DNA of 64,000 bases. It comes from Eremomyces bilateralis CBS 781.70. Taxonomy: Eukaryota. The stretch is taken from the NCBI GenBank assembly GCA_010015585.1, contig ML975168.1. One strand, 5' to 3'. Below the pieces are notes generated by a model. The model was not told the DNA's origin. It worked only from the letters and a program-made list of their open reading frames with translations, and searched no databases. A program made the position numbers and the translations under genes. This document shows, piece by piece, positions 36,655 to 50,100 of the stretch. Every line of letters starts with the position of its first letter. Position 1 is the stretch's first letter.

Positions 36655-39493
36655 ATGTCGCTGGAAGACTCTCCTACCCCGAAGCCCAAGTACAATCGTA
36701 CTGCCAGTGGATTCAGTGAGCTGAAGCTGCAGGATTCTGGTGTTGGCGAAGTGAGTTTCTGCCCTTTTGCTTCCTCTTAACACTCCCGCTCGCTTGCCCG
36801 AAGATCCATCACTTTACTACAGTCACTGATGTCCCGTCTCCAGATGATGGGTCCTCAAAACCCGGCTGTCTTGAGTGATACCACTAACTTCAGCCACCAT
36901 GGCATCCCCAACGGTCGCATTGCTGGCCTGAAGCAAGCCAAGTCCTTCTCTGCTGCTGATCAGGAGGAGCAAGTACGTTGATTGAGATCGGTTCGGATGG
37001 ATTCACAACTAACAGTCGTAGCAACTGCTCAATGCGCTCTATGCTCAAGCTACCGAGAAGTACAAGCAAGACAACCGCAGTGCGATGACCCAGGATGAAC
37101 TCCAGGCCTACGTCATCCCCCAGCGTCTCGGGTCGTTCCACCAAGCTGCTCCGAATGGTCAACCTCCTTTCACTTCCGCAAATGTTACTGCGGCGTCTAT
37201 GGGCGCTACCAGTGCTCCAGTGGGGGTCCAGCGCCAGGCTTCCTTCGGAGCGAACAAGAGTGACGACAAGGTTTCTCCGAATAAATCTCAACGCAGCGTG
37301 GAGGACTATGAAAAGGAGATCCTCAATTTGAAGTTGGCGTTGGCCAAAGCGCGAATCACTCAGCTTGAAGATGAGGCGAACACCTCCGAGTCGCATGTGA
37401 CCAAGCACACTTTGGAACAAATCGTCTCCGCTTCTGAATGTGATGGCGAAATTGTCAACGATCGGGGGCTGGACAACAGCAGCAAGCACACTTCTCCTAC
37501 TGACGCTGTTGGCATGCCGCCTTGGGGCAACACCCCGTTTCTCCCGAACAATGCGGCCCTTCCTGCACGTCCTACGAACCAGGCTCAGGGAATGCCTGCC
37601 AATGCGCTCAGGAATGCCCAGGTTAGTGCACATCATCGCGCAAACCGTGTCATGGGCCATGGGGCTAACGCTCCTAAGCAACAGGGTCGCTTCTCGCTCC
37701 CTTCCAAGCCGCCATTCACGGGTTATGTTCCTCAGCACAGTGGACCCTATTCCGCAGCCCAGAATGCGTGGACGTATGGTGGTATTCCCATGAATGTGCC
37801 ACGTGCTCCTGCCGCGATGATTGCGGCGACTGGTGTACCTGGGGCGAATCAGGTGATCGGTCGTGCTGCTCCTGCGTTCAGCGGCCAAGCCACCGGACGA
37901 GCGTTCCAAGGGCACTTCCCAGGAGTGAACAACGGCAACTTCGCTGGTGATCATCTGAAGTTCACTACTACCGACGAACTCCACGATGGACTCAACCAGG
38001 CAAGTGCTCAGTTCACGGCTCCACGTGACGCTATAGTCACCAAAGGATACACTGGCCCTATGCAGCCCAATTCCTACGCCATCACCTCTGCCCCGTTGTC
38101 CCAGCCCGTCGCTCCCTGGGATGTGGTGAGAGCTGATAGTAGTGCATCTGCTGACAAGGCCAAGGACCCTTGGGGTGGCTCTGCAGTACGTTTTATCGAA
38201 GTACAAAGTGATATAATCATTCACTAATGTGCCTTGCAGGACTCCGTCGATACCACTGCGGATGGGACGAAGTACGTCGCTCCCCATGAGCCTATCAACT
38301 ACCGTCTTCTTCTTGAGAAGAATGCCACCACGGACTGGAGGATCATTGTGGGGAAGATTGTCGATTTCAATGATCAACAGGCATCCATCTTCCTTCAACA
38401 GAAGCTCAAGTCTGGCACCGAGCAGCAGAAGCATGATATCATCGATGCTATCCTCGGCAGCGCGTATGGTCTCATGATCAATCGATTCGGCAATTTCCTC
38501 GTTCAGCGTTGCTTCGAACATGGCACGACCGATCAGATTCGTCGTCTTGCTGACAGCATCCGGGGAAATACCCTTACCTTGAGCCAGGATCCCTTTGGCT
38601 GCCATGTCATTCAAAAGGCATTCGACAGCGTCACCGAAGATTACAAGGCGCTGATGATTCATGAATTGCTTCGCAAGATCCCTGAGACGGTCACCCACCG
38701 CTATGCTTGCCATGTGTGGCAGAAGCTCTTCGAATTGCGCTGGAGCGGTTCCCCACCTCAGATCATGAAGTATGTCAATGATTCTCTTCGCACCATGTGG
38801 GACAAGGTTGCGATGGGTGAGACTGGCAGTCTCGTAGTCCAGAACGTCTTTGAGAATTGCCTTGAAGAGGACAAGGTATGCATGTCAACATCACTCAGTA
38901 GCGTCACATCACTGACTTCTCCAGCGTCCTTGCATCAATGAAGTTCTTGCCAGCATCGACATGATCTGCAAGGGCCAGTTTGGCAACTGGTGTATTCAGC
39001 ACATCTGTGAGCATGGCGCTACCGCCGACAAGGCGGCAGCCGTCGATCATGTCCTTGCCAACGCGAAGGATTACTCTCTTCACCAGTACGGCTCCAAAGT
39101 TGTTGAGAAGTGCCTCAAGATCAATGCCAACAACTTCATTGATCGCTACCTTGAGATCGTTTCTGAGCCTCGCGAGGACCGCGTCCGCATGCCTCTCATC
39201 GATAGTAAGTTTAACCGCCCTTCTTCACATAATTCGCGTCTAACATCCCTGCAGTCTCTTCTGATCAATTCGGCAACTATCTCATTCAGTACATCCTCCA
39301 GAACTGCACTTCTCGCCAGAGGGAGATTGTCTCCACTCATATTCGCAAGCATATGGTCAGCCTCCGTGGAAACAAATATGGTTCCCGAGTCGCCATGCTC
39401 TGCTGCAATCCGGCGAGCAACGTACGTCCATCTCCGCCTCTTGATGTTTTTGGTCCTCGTTATGGTCGGGGTTATCGTGGTCGGATGTACTAA
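36655..39493 (+). CDS. Pumilio/PUF-repeat RNA-binding protein, Mcp2-like; alternative end at 39605
   Basis: Starts MSLEDSPTPKPK. PUF repeats DQQASIFLQQKL, NRFGNFLVQRCFE, DPFGCHVIQKAFD, HRYACHVWQKLFE, GQFGNWCIQHICE, HQYGSKVVEKCL and DQFGNYLIQYIL; at least 5 introns. Confidence 0.93.
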
Positions 39494-40753
39494 AAACTAG
39501 GCCCAGCAGCAGTGGCACTCCCGACAGAACGGAGGTCAAAACGGAGGGCAAAACGGAGGCCAATCCCGCGGGGGTATGCATTCCCGCTCTTCTCACTTCA
39601 ATTGACCGATTGGAGACGTACACCCATTCTCTTCTTTGATTTCATCCACCGGATACACTTCAGTCTCGACATCATCAAGCATAATCTATCCCCGAGGCCC
39701 CGCACAATGTCGAAAATCACAGTTCAAATCTCGCGGTCATCATATCAGCTCGAGAAGACCGCCAACTGTTCTCGAGTTCCAATCGTAGCGGAGCCTAGGG
39801 CATTTATCATTCGAACCCCGAATTTTCCGCCTTGAGGGATCTTTTTTCGATCTCGACTCGCAGCCTTTCGCCTGTAGATCTAACGGTGCCTTCTTCTACT
39901 TCATGCTTGGAGTTGCAATGCCTTCTTCTACGAAGCATCATCTTGCCAATCTTCCACCCCCAAGCATCTCACCGACATCATCCATGCTGAGAGCCCCTTT
40001 CTTTCTCATTATTTTCAAAATCCGACTTTGTTATCGTATGCTTTGCTGGTTTTTTCTTGCCCCTTTTCTCCCTTGCTTTCATCTATTCAATCCATGCAAA
40101 CAATGTGGTGGAGGTTCGCACCTGAAATCATCCTGAATGTCCCTCCGTTGTGGATGGGTTGTGGTTTGCGGAATGCTGTCGCCTGGAAACTGATCTTGGT
40201 AGTGGCTTGCCGTGTAGGAGGGAAGTAGACGTGGACATGTGTCAAAGGAAAAGCAACGGGAGGTTGTTCATCTACGGAAAAGAAGGAGGATCCGATTTGC
40301 GAAATGGCCGGATGGACTGATTACCTGCATGCACTCCTCTCGCTTTCTGATCACACAGGCACACCCCAATAATATTCCCAGTCATGTATGCACTTGTGTT
40401 AATGGAAAGGTTCGATTCTGCACTCCATGTACGACAAGGCACCTCAGCGCTTCTCATACATCATCGCAGACCCTTTTCCACTTTTCTTCGAATTCCTTTT
40501 CTTTTCAATCAAGCACAGACACAAAATAGCCCATTCATGTATCTTAATCAATACGAGCACACGTAGATTCTATTTCGCTGTGCAACTGCGATGCTGTGAC
40601 TGTTGGTTCTACCATTCCTGGCCACACGCCGCGGCGTCCTCATAACAACGATGCCTGTCCCTCCTTCATCGTTGTAGATCTATCTATATTACCTGACTTC
40701 CTGGCAGCGACATAGATTGCACGCATGGCACATCCACGAACTCCGGCTTTCTC

Positions 40754-42543
40754 TCAAATTGTGAATCTGAAATTTGGGTCGCCCATCAATACCCTCTCGC
40801 CCCGGTCGCACTCCGCGTTGCAGCGGCGGAAGTATATAGTCATGACCCCGACGGTGATGACGATCAGGACGGACGCGCTGCGATAGATGATTAGCAACTC
40901 CTCAAACATTTTGGTCGCACGATTGCCAAATCAGTGGGAAGCCAGAGCAGTTCCGGGGACAGCGAGGGCGTTTAACTTACACAATACAGGCGATGAAACC
41001 CGGGAAGTAATCCGGTTTATCTTGTTGGCGGAAGATCAGCGCACCGATGATTCCACCGATGCCACCGAGGCCGGTCAGCGACGCGGAGCAGAACGCGCGG
41101 CGCCACTGTCCTCGAATATTGGTTCCCTAGTTCAACCGTTAGCACTCGTTTCCTATGTCTGGTCCGACACCTGAGCCTACATACCTGGTACGCAAACACG
41201 CTAGGAATGGTCGAGTTCGCCCCGCCAACCGACACGAACACGCCGAAATACCGTACCCACGGATTCTTTGCCCAGCCCATGATCGGCAGGCCGATCAGCC
41301 CGATGGTGGCGAGGATCACGATCGCGAGGCCGCGCTGGCGGTATTTGTCGCTGAGCCAGCCGGCGACATACATGAGGATGGCGGAGAAGAAGTACGGCGG
41401 CGCGGTGAGGCATTGGGCCTCGGCGACGCCGAAGCCGAGGGAGCTTTGGAGGATGATGGGGAGGGTGAAGGCGAAGGCATAGCCGAGGGCGGTGGTGAGC
41501 CTAGGAGGGAAAGTCAGCGAGATTGGAGGCACGAAGGGGGCAATTGCGCGTACATGAGGATGATGGGGAAGCCGTAGATGAACCACTCCGTGGCGGGCTC
41601 GAGGAAGCGCTTGATGGTGAACGGCTCCACCTCGACGTCGCCTCGATCGGCGTTGAGTCGAGCAGCGACAAATTCCAACTCGTCCCGCGTGAGGAACTTC
41701 CAAGATGGCCTTATCAACTCCTCATCGAGGAATTTCACAAGATACAGGAGGGCGAAAATTGCAATCCCGCCGGTAATAACACCTTCAATAATGAAGATCC
41801 TATGGATAAAGTCGTCAGTGGTTCATGTTCCATTCAGAACAAAACAGAAGGATGATCCATACCATCTCCATCCGCCGAGTCCCCCTCTGCCATCCAGCTG
41901 CTGCAAACCAAATGCAAGGATACCTCCGAGGGAGCCCACGCAGCTGCCAAGGAGGTAAAAGATTGAATAGCGACGCGAGCTCTCGACTGGATTCCATCGT
42001 CAGTGTATATGAAGTTTGGTCGGAACAGGTTGGTCACTCACATCGCGTGTACCACGTCGAGAGAAGGTACAGGCAACCTGGGAAGAAGCCACACTCAAGA
42101 GCGCCCAAAATGAGTCGCAGACCCAAAAGCGTCTGCCAATTCGGGGAAAATCCAGCACCAATGATGACAGAACCCCAGATCACACAGATCATTGGTAGGA
42201 ACCATCGCGGACCCATCCATCGACAGAGTAAAACCGCGAAAGGTTGCAGGGTGATATAAGTGATGAAGAAGCACATGTTGACCAGATTGTAGTTGTCCCC
42301 CTCCTCCATCTTCAGCTCGACATTCATGCCAGCAACGGCTGCGTTGGACAGGTTGTTACGGTCCAACAGGCAGATGGCGTACATGGCACCAAGCGCAGGG
42401 AGGAGGCGGAGGTCAATCTTGTGTCGAATTCTGGCCGCAAGCTTCTCGTCGAAGTCTTCGAGCTGTTGAGGGGGAGTTGATGACGCATCGTGCTTGACGT
42501 TCTCGACCTCCGCCGCGTATGTGTCTTTCTCCTCGACGCCCAT
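40754..42543 (-). CDS. MFS transporter, anion:cation symporter (allantoate/nicotinate/phthalate-type); multi-exon
   Basis: KIDLRLLPAL, LDRNNLSNAAVAGM, RLILGALECGFFPGCLYLLSTWYTR, LTAPPYF, SDKYRQRG, NIRGQWRRA and terminal FRFTI motifs. Confidence 0.94.
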
Positions 42544-42634
42544 TGTGAATGACTAAGCCCAGGTATCGATAGATGATTGAAAAGATTGATGGGAGTGCTC
42601 GTCTTTAGAGATCAGTCAGGCAGCGAAGGCCCAG

Positions 42635-42640
42635 TTTATA
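42635..42640 (-). promoter_or_regulatory. TATA box of the MFS gene
   Basis: TATAAA on the minus strand about 92 nt upstream of ATG 42543. GATAA and CGG motifs lie further upstream (e.g. 42765-42774, 43103-43111). Confidence 0.5.
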
Positions 42641-44367
42641 CTTACTCCTAATTAAGGGTTTAGATACTTCTCCGGAAACCTGATGACTTCGGACCATCCC
42701 CGCACAGCCAAGCCCTGGGGGAAGCGGAGAGGTGGATCTACTCCACCACGGCCTAGGATCTAGGTCCGGATAAGCTTGTCTAGATCTCTGTGGCGGTTTG
42801 GATAGCTTGTTCTATTGTTCCCCAGGTAGCGGAGGTCACAAACAGAATCCTAGCGTGGAGCTTATTCCCGATCTCATCGCGGGGAAATGTAGGATCAGAG
42901 CCAGCAGAAATGAGATATTTAGCTTCCTCCTGGACCATTGAGCAAACTCTGAGTTGATATACTGTATTAAGGGCTGGATGGAGCATTGATCACCAGGAGC
43001 TTGCACTATGAGGGGAATTCAAGGCCGGAATAGTTCGACTCTCGCATATCACTATTTCAAGCAAAGCAGGAACACGAATCAGAAGACATTTGGCCGTAGT
43101 GCGGAGATAACACGCTAGGGAACAACTAATACAGCTTTTCCAGCTACGGCCCAAAGGAAGGAATTTGCGGTAATACTAACCTTGGACAAGCCCGAGGTCA
43201 TCGGTTATCGCCTATTTTCCATGACGTGGATCGTTCGTAAAGGCATAAAGACCAACGACAAAACCGGAAATAAGAGCATCAAGAGGCAAACAGCGAGACA
43301 TATCGATCTGCTTCTAATTTCCATGCCGTGCTGCTGATGCACGAAATCACCCTTGCAGTCAGGCGAGCCAGGGGTAAAATCGGTAAACTTGGGGGGTCAC
43401 AACCGAAACATCGCGGCCAGCTGGAGCGGGGAAAGTCACGTGCGATCGTGACTTTGGTATGCCAACAACCCATTCCAAGGAATATCATCAAATAACGATT
43501 AAGAGACAATGAAGAGTCGTATAAACTTGGAAACGAGATGTCTTAAAATGAACAACAATCTAGGTTCGGATGTGGAGTCGGAAGCGCATCTTCTGCAAGT
43601 TAACTGCAACTTGTTGAACGGACTCGGAATCTGGCAGTTGAAGCACATGGACAACGCGTGTCCACGCCCTGAAACTGTGGATTGATGATGGCTGCTTTTA
43701 AGCACACAAGGCAACGATCGCCATCATGTCCAGACTAAGTGGTTTCGACTTTCAAGGACGATTCATGTTTACTGCGTAAGAGGTCGGACACTCCGAAAGA
43801 AAGACTGCAGAAAGGAGACAGGTTGAACTTGGAAATGATCAGCAAAGGAAAATGAGTGTAAGTATTTCTCCCTATGAAATCAACAGCAGACAGATGGATA
43901 TAAATACAGAAAGGACAGAATATGAAATAACGTTATGCATCATAATTCAGAAAGGTTGTCCACTATCCGAATTGGTAGATTCATACTCTAATTCCATAGA
44001 TTGCTGTCAACATAGCCTTGAATTCAATAGGTGATCCCAATCACGTGCCCACCATTCCCAAGCTAAAATTCCATAATTACTACGGAGTACATCTTCCCTA
44101 CGGTCATGTATTGTGAAACCATCTGTATAAGCCAATGAAACTCACTCAATGAATATATAATACGCCGCTAATTAGCTTAGTAAGCGACATAATCCGCTGT
44201 TGACAAAGATGACCCCCAACTCCACGTTCCAAAGTGCATTGGATTCTGTGGACGGACTTTTCGTCAATTCCATCATGGCGATGGCGTGAAGTTCGACGCC
44301 AGTGAGATAAATGCGATAAGATAAGGTTAAAGGCTCCTCCCTAGAAACCTAAGTCATCTCGAGTTCA

Positions 44368-46142
44368 CTACGGGTTGTACAACCTCCCGTCCTTCCCTTC
44401 CACGAACACGTCGCCGCCAACACATGGCATACACCACAGCGTATTTTTCGGATCATACTTGTTCTTCACCGCGAGCAGCTTCTCATAGTGTTCCCCACCG
44501 CCAAAGAACGTCCGCTTCCAGTCCACCTCCTCGGGATACGCCTCATTCAGATACGCCCCCTCGTTCGCGCTCAACGGTCCCATCGCCGCCACTGCCGCCT
44601 TCGCATCCATCCGCTGGACAATCATATGCATTACGCTCTCCCGCCACGCGGGGTTCAGCCCCACGTCCAGTTCCGCATTGCGAGCGACCTGCCCGCCGGA
44701 GTTGGGGTACGGAAGCACGGACACGCGGGAGGTGGCGAGGATCGTTTCGAGCATTTTACGGATCGCTGGGAGGTTTTCCTCGTTCATGGCGGAGCGGGCA
44801 ATCAGGCGGGAAGAGAAGAGCCCGACGCTGGTGAGCGCCTGGCGCTTGACACGTTGGTTGGTGGGCTCGCCGTACGTTTCGTAGAAGCTGCGCCGACCGA
44901 GCCCGCCGAAGCCGCCAAGGAGTCCTCCAAGAAGTCCGCCGGATGAAGCGGAGGCGGAGACTGTGGCGCCGTAGCTGCGCATTTTCGCGGCGATGGGGTT
45001 GAAGAAGGCGTTGATTTCTGCGGTGGTTTTTCCGGGTGCGTTGAGCATGCCGAAGTAGCTGGATGAGGACATAGTGGGGTAGCCGCTGAGGCCAAAATCG
45101 GTGATCTCGGGGAGTTTGGCCCACATGTAAGCAAGAGCATTGACGTATCCTGAGCCACGTCCGGAGATACGCAGCGTGAGGCCATTCATAGTAGGTTTAG
45201 GGTAGGTTCGCATCGTTGCACTGATCATGACCCCGAAGGTTCCGCCTCCACCGCCGCGGATGGCCCAGTAAAGGTCTGGGTAGGAGTTGGCATTAGCTGT
45301 GACGATGTCCCCGGATGGAAGCGCCACGACAGCTTCAAGGAGATTGTCGCATCCCATGCCATATTGGTTTGAGAGCGGACCGTGACCTCCGCCCATTGTC
45401 CAACCACCGGCAGCGCCCACAGTCTTTCCATAGAGTCAGTCTCGACGGTAGTATCTTGCTGCGATTCTAGACTTACCGTGTCAGCACCTGTAGTTACGAC
45501 ATGCCCATTCCGCTCTACAGTGGACGTCACTGACGTCCACGCCATACCGGCACCAATGGTTACAGCAGCTAACTTTGGGCCATTCGGAGCAGATCCATTT
45601 GAAGGCGCCCAGCTCGCCGTCCACTGCGCTCCGCGCATGTCTGTCGTCCATATATTGAGGCTTCCCGCGCCAGTATTCCTATAGCATCATCGTTATTCAG
45701 ATGTTCCATCTTTACCAATATATTGCAGACTTTCGGCTAAGGAGGCGGGTGTATATACCTCTCCATGAAATCGTGGCCCGTCCCCCTGACGGTCACCCGC
45801 AGGTTGTGCTCATTCGCGAACTTCAACGCATTGCCGATGTCCTGCCCATTTCGCGCCCGAAGCACATAGGACGGGGTGTCTTCAGATGTACAAGCCTCGA
45901 GACGGCCAGAGCCGCAGCGAGACAACTTGTTTCCGACAGCGGAATTCAGAGCGTCCCATTGCGCAGAGGTGGGAAACCCGGCGTTGCCTTCGTACTAACA
46001 GTTGTTATTTTGCTGAGACAATTGGTACCGCAACGGTTGGCTTGAGTATGATACGCACATTCTTTGCCAATGTTTGCCCTTGACCATTGACGACACCGGT
46101 CAGAGCTGCGAGAAGCAGCCCAGCTGCCGAAGGGAGTTTCAT
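44368..46142 (-). CDS. Secreted FAD-linked oxidoreductase, BBE-like (VAO/PCMH family); 3 introns
   Basis: Signal MKLPSAAGLLLAALTGVVNG; VRGTGHDF (His for covalent FAD); TVGAAGGWTMGGGHGPLS; DLYWAIRGGGGGTFG; GAYLNEA; KNKYDPKNTLWCMPCVG (BBE C-terminus). Confidence 0.93.
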
Positions 46143-47513
46143 CGTAGCCGCAGGAATTGATGAATTGAATGAAAACCGAAAAGAACGAACGAACAATGAT
46201 CTATATCACCTTGGGTAGACTCGATTCTCAAAAGCTGAACGCCGAGAGCGGTATATGGAGCCATTGTTGCCCATCAATCTTCCCGAACTTTTCGGACCTA
46301 TAACAAGGCGGCAAATCGGCCCTAGACTTTAGATAGAGAGGTCCGAGGGAATAGGATCATAGTAAATGCAAGCAACAATAAGTATTAATAGTGTGATCTC
46401 GTATAAGCATATAGACGCAATGACACCGCTAAAGAGACAATTGGCTTGAATATGAGCGCGGATTTCAATAGATGAAATGAAAGACTGGGGGACTAGGTTT
46501 AGCGCGGATTCCCCTAATTCCACTACACTTCAGAGCAATATAAAATTGAATATACCGGTGACAGTGGAGAAGGGAGGTTGATTTAAATCTCTTGGCATTC
46601 CTGGCGGAACTTGGGTCGGGAGATGTCTTGATTGAACGTCAGATTCCCCAGATGTAATATTGGGAATCACTCGTCGGGAGCGAGGCGAGCGGGTCGAGCC
46701 TGGAAAATGTGTCTCATGACCAACCCCTTCTAAAAATCGATATGTGGAGCTCATTGCTTAGACTTTTAGCAAGGCATGGAGGAGAGAGTTATCTAACGTA
46801 GTTAAGAGAGTGACCCATTCCGGTGGAAGCTCCATGAGCCGGACCTCTCCTCTCCGGGCACAGAGCGACGTCAAAGGTATGATCCTGTCATCAGATTGGG
46901 TCTTTGACCACCATAATAAGCCGTTCTCATCGATATTCCATTGATATCTGGATATTAGCTCATATAGTATCGATGATGTTCGGCTGAAGGAGTGAAGCAG
47001 CCCTGTCAAGTGTGACCGTTTTGGCTGAGTATAAGAAATTCAGAATAGCAGCCCCTTGTCCCCCCCACAGTAAATGCTGTCCCTGTCTCAGGTGTGAAAT
47101 ATAATAGCGGATTCACTCAATCAGGTGATTGGTGCAGCGATACAGTGGGAAAACACCGTTAGATTCCAAAAGAGCGTAGATAGATTGTCCTTGATCCTTA
47201 TAGTAATGAGCGTAAAAACTCCAGGAATACGCCCATATTTAAGTTCTGTATACATTCGGTGGCCGTAGAGACCTTGATTTCCTCAAGACTAGCGAAAAAG
47301 CAAAGAATGAGGGGCTGGTAACATCGCGGGATGAATGATGTGCTGTCATAGTTGGGAATACGGGGTCACAGGTAGGAAACGGGAGGACCCTGAAATATAG
47401 AGACATCCTGGTCTCTAACATTAGGCACCAACAAATTCTTGACTGCCCACATTGATGGAGAGACAAGATATCGAGACTAAACTGGACATGAACAACCATT
47501 GCCAGCAGCCACA

Positions 47514-48200
47514 ATGCCTCGGACCGCGCTCTTCGTAATCGACATCCAGCATGAGCTTGCAGGCGATCCGACCACCCAGATTCCGCATGCTTCACGGATC
47601 ATCGACGCTGCGAGCAACATCACTCTAGCCACCCGCGCCGCCATTGATGAACAAAGTTGGGAAGGCGTCGAGCCGGACTGTCTGATCGTCGTCGTCCAGC
47701 ACGAGGAAGCACCGGAGGGCGGAACGCTTCTGCGTGGAAGCAAAGCGTGGGAGCTAGTTTTCCCGCCAAGGTGCGGAGACCTAAATGAGATGCTCGTTGC
47801 GAAGCGGACAGGTGAGTGTTATATTTTCCGAGTTCCCTGCTAAGAGCAGTTATCTGGTCGTAACTGCTGCCCAGGAAGCATCTGGGGGATTACATCGCTC
47901 ATGTCGCGAACAGGAGACACATTTGAATCGAATCCCAAGCTTGCGGCGGAGCTGAAGACAAAAGGTGTCACGGAAATCATAGCCTTTGGCCTTCAGAGCG
48001 AGTTTTGCGTGCGATCGACGTGTAGGGGTGCGCTGGCCGCGGGATCCAAGGTGAAGTTGCTCAGCGGAGCGCACTCGACATACGATGTGAAAGAGAAGAC
48101 GGCAGTTGAGATTGAGCGGGAAATCGAGCTGGAGTTGAAGGGCGAGGAGGTGGTGGTGCTGGACTGGGAGGAGTACGTGGATGGATTCAAGGACAAATAG
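47514..48200 (+). CDS. Isochorismatase-family cysteine hydrolase; 1 intron
   Basis: ALFVIDIQ (Asp), VAKRTGDTFESN (Lys) and GLQSEFCVRST (Cys) motifs. Intron 47812-47913. Confidence 0.92.
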
Positions 48201-49944
48201 TTCAGAATATATGGTATTATGGTGTGAGTGGTATCAACGAAATAGAATGCCGATTCCTACGCTGCTACCATTCAAGGAAGGACTGGGTGTTAACAACTTC
48301 ATTCATGAAGACGACTGTGTCACAGGCGACAATAATAATGACAGAATTTCTCATTTCCTTTCTAGCGTTCCTTAGGTCCCTATCTATCCTAAACGAACTC
48401 GGCCATTCCCTGTGGTCTACCTGGTGCACAATGCAGTAGCCGAAGACGTGGATCCCTCGACAGTTCCCTAAGCCTTCCCCATTATTTCCTACGCCTTCTG
48501 AAAATGACTACCTTATCGCTGCCAGATCACAGCTGATTTAGAACTTCGGCCGTTGTGGCCACATTCCTTCTTCTCTTTTGATGGACAGAGCAGTGGCAGT
48601 CTCGAAGAGCTTCCAACTCGGTCATCATACTGTTCCTCGGATTTGCTGGCTTAAACCTCCCCTGGCCACTACGACTATTGACTATTCTGTTTGGTTTAAT
48701 AGAATCTGAGCATATAATGGAGTTGATAGAGGTGCCGTTCTGAGCTCGATCAACTGCTTTCTCTTCTTGATGGTGGTGATGGAACTGGTCCGTAATAATG
48801 TCTGGTAGTTTGGAGCTCGAAAATGACCTACCTATGTAACGGATCACGATAGATGAGTAGTGACTCCGATCGTAACGATATGAATTTAGCTAATTACAGA
48901 AGAAGAGAGAAGTTCCAAGTGTGCGTCTCCCGGAGTGATCTATGCAAACCTGACATCGTGAAGCTGCCTCAGGCCGCAAGGCCAACTATCTACAGTCTAT
49001 GCCGACAGCCCAAGACTATGACAACCTATGAAATTATTTTGCACTCTTCTTGTTCGAGACTCGCAAATTACTCTCATTAGCTTCTCTCTAGTTCTGAAAT
49101 AGTTTAGCCACGGGCCAAACATTTGATCGAACTCAGGGCCGGAATACGCGGTATCTAAGTCGCCGAATCAGTCGTCCTTCAGCGCCCAGGTCAAAGGAGA
49201 TGAACATATAATAGACAACGATTGCGGAGGCTATCCAAATGCACACATATCCGCATCGGTTGCGCGGGCAAGGGGACGATCGCATGAGTTTGAGACTCAA
49301 GAAACACGCACACCGGCCGCACTCTATCCTGCCATGACGAAAAGCAATGCTGAGAATATAGAATTTGATTGACAGAAATGGACGCACACTGCAAAGAGGG
49401 ACGAAAAACAGAGATTCAAAGTTTGGGAGCGAGTGGAAAGGGGACGAGTTCTGGACAAACGACTATGTATATCGCAAGGGTGAATATTCTGCATATATAA
49501 AAGGGTACCGAGACTCATGAACAGGGGAAGTTTGTTTCCGATTTTGCAGCTGGATTATGACCGTGGCCACGCACCAAGGCCGATAGGCCCGCCTCTCCAC
49601 TCTCTGTCACCGATAGACGGTAACAGCAATGCACACACGGGCGGTATTGGCCTCAAACGCTATCGTAACAGCATCCAGAGCGGAAGTTGTGGCGGCGGGA
49701 TAGGGGGGAAGGCTATGGCAGAGTCAATACATGCTGCCAGGGCCGCCTAGCTCAAGGACCACGGGGGGTTCCGCTTTAGGCCTCGTTGGCATCGGACCCA
49801 GAACACCCCACCCCACTAGCCCTCGAAAGACAAGACCGAGAAGAAGGTGCTCACTACCGCCAACACGGTGAGCCAGAGGGGATAACCTTGAGGGGTCAGG
49901 CCAGTGTCAGACGATACAATTGAAACCCTCGGACGGTGTTGGAT

Positions 49945-50100
49945 GCTTCCTTTCAGCTGCCTTTGGTCCACATAGAATGTCGCCTACTGTATCTGAGCCG
50001 GGAGAAAAATCATGCTCATAGAGAGGCTCGCCATCGCCGTTCATATTCACCAGAACAGCCAGTCCAAAGTACCAGCGTAGAAGCTCATCGACAGCTCGTT
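49945..50100 (-). pseudogene. Relic of the C-terminus of a fungal HNH-endonuclease-family gene
   Basis: VDELLRWYFGLAVLVNMNGDGEPLYEHDFSPGSDTVGDILCGPKAAER resembles the recalled C-terminal motif LLRWHFRQAVLANMRGAGEPxFEHDFPPG of ascomycete HNH_2 proteins. No HNH core is seen in frame. Confidence 0.6.

Noticed and set aside
36890..38713. 607-aa antisense ORF
   Set aside because: It shadows the PUF gene on the opposite strand and has no recognisable domain; codon bias of the sense gene explains it.
40380..40440. GGTTCGATTC resembling a tRNA B-box, and TAGCTCAAGG near 49748 resembling an A-box
   Set aside because: I could not build a cloverleaf or find a matching partner box.
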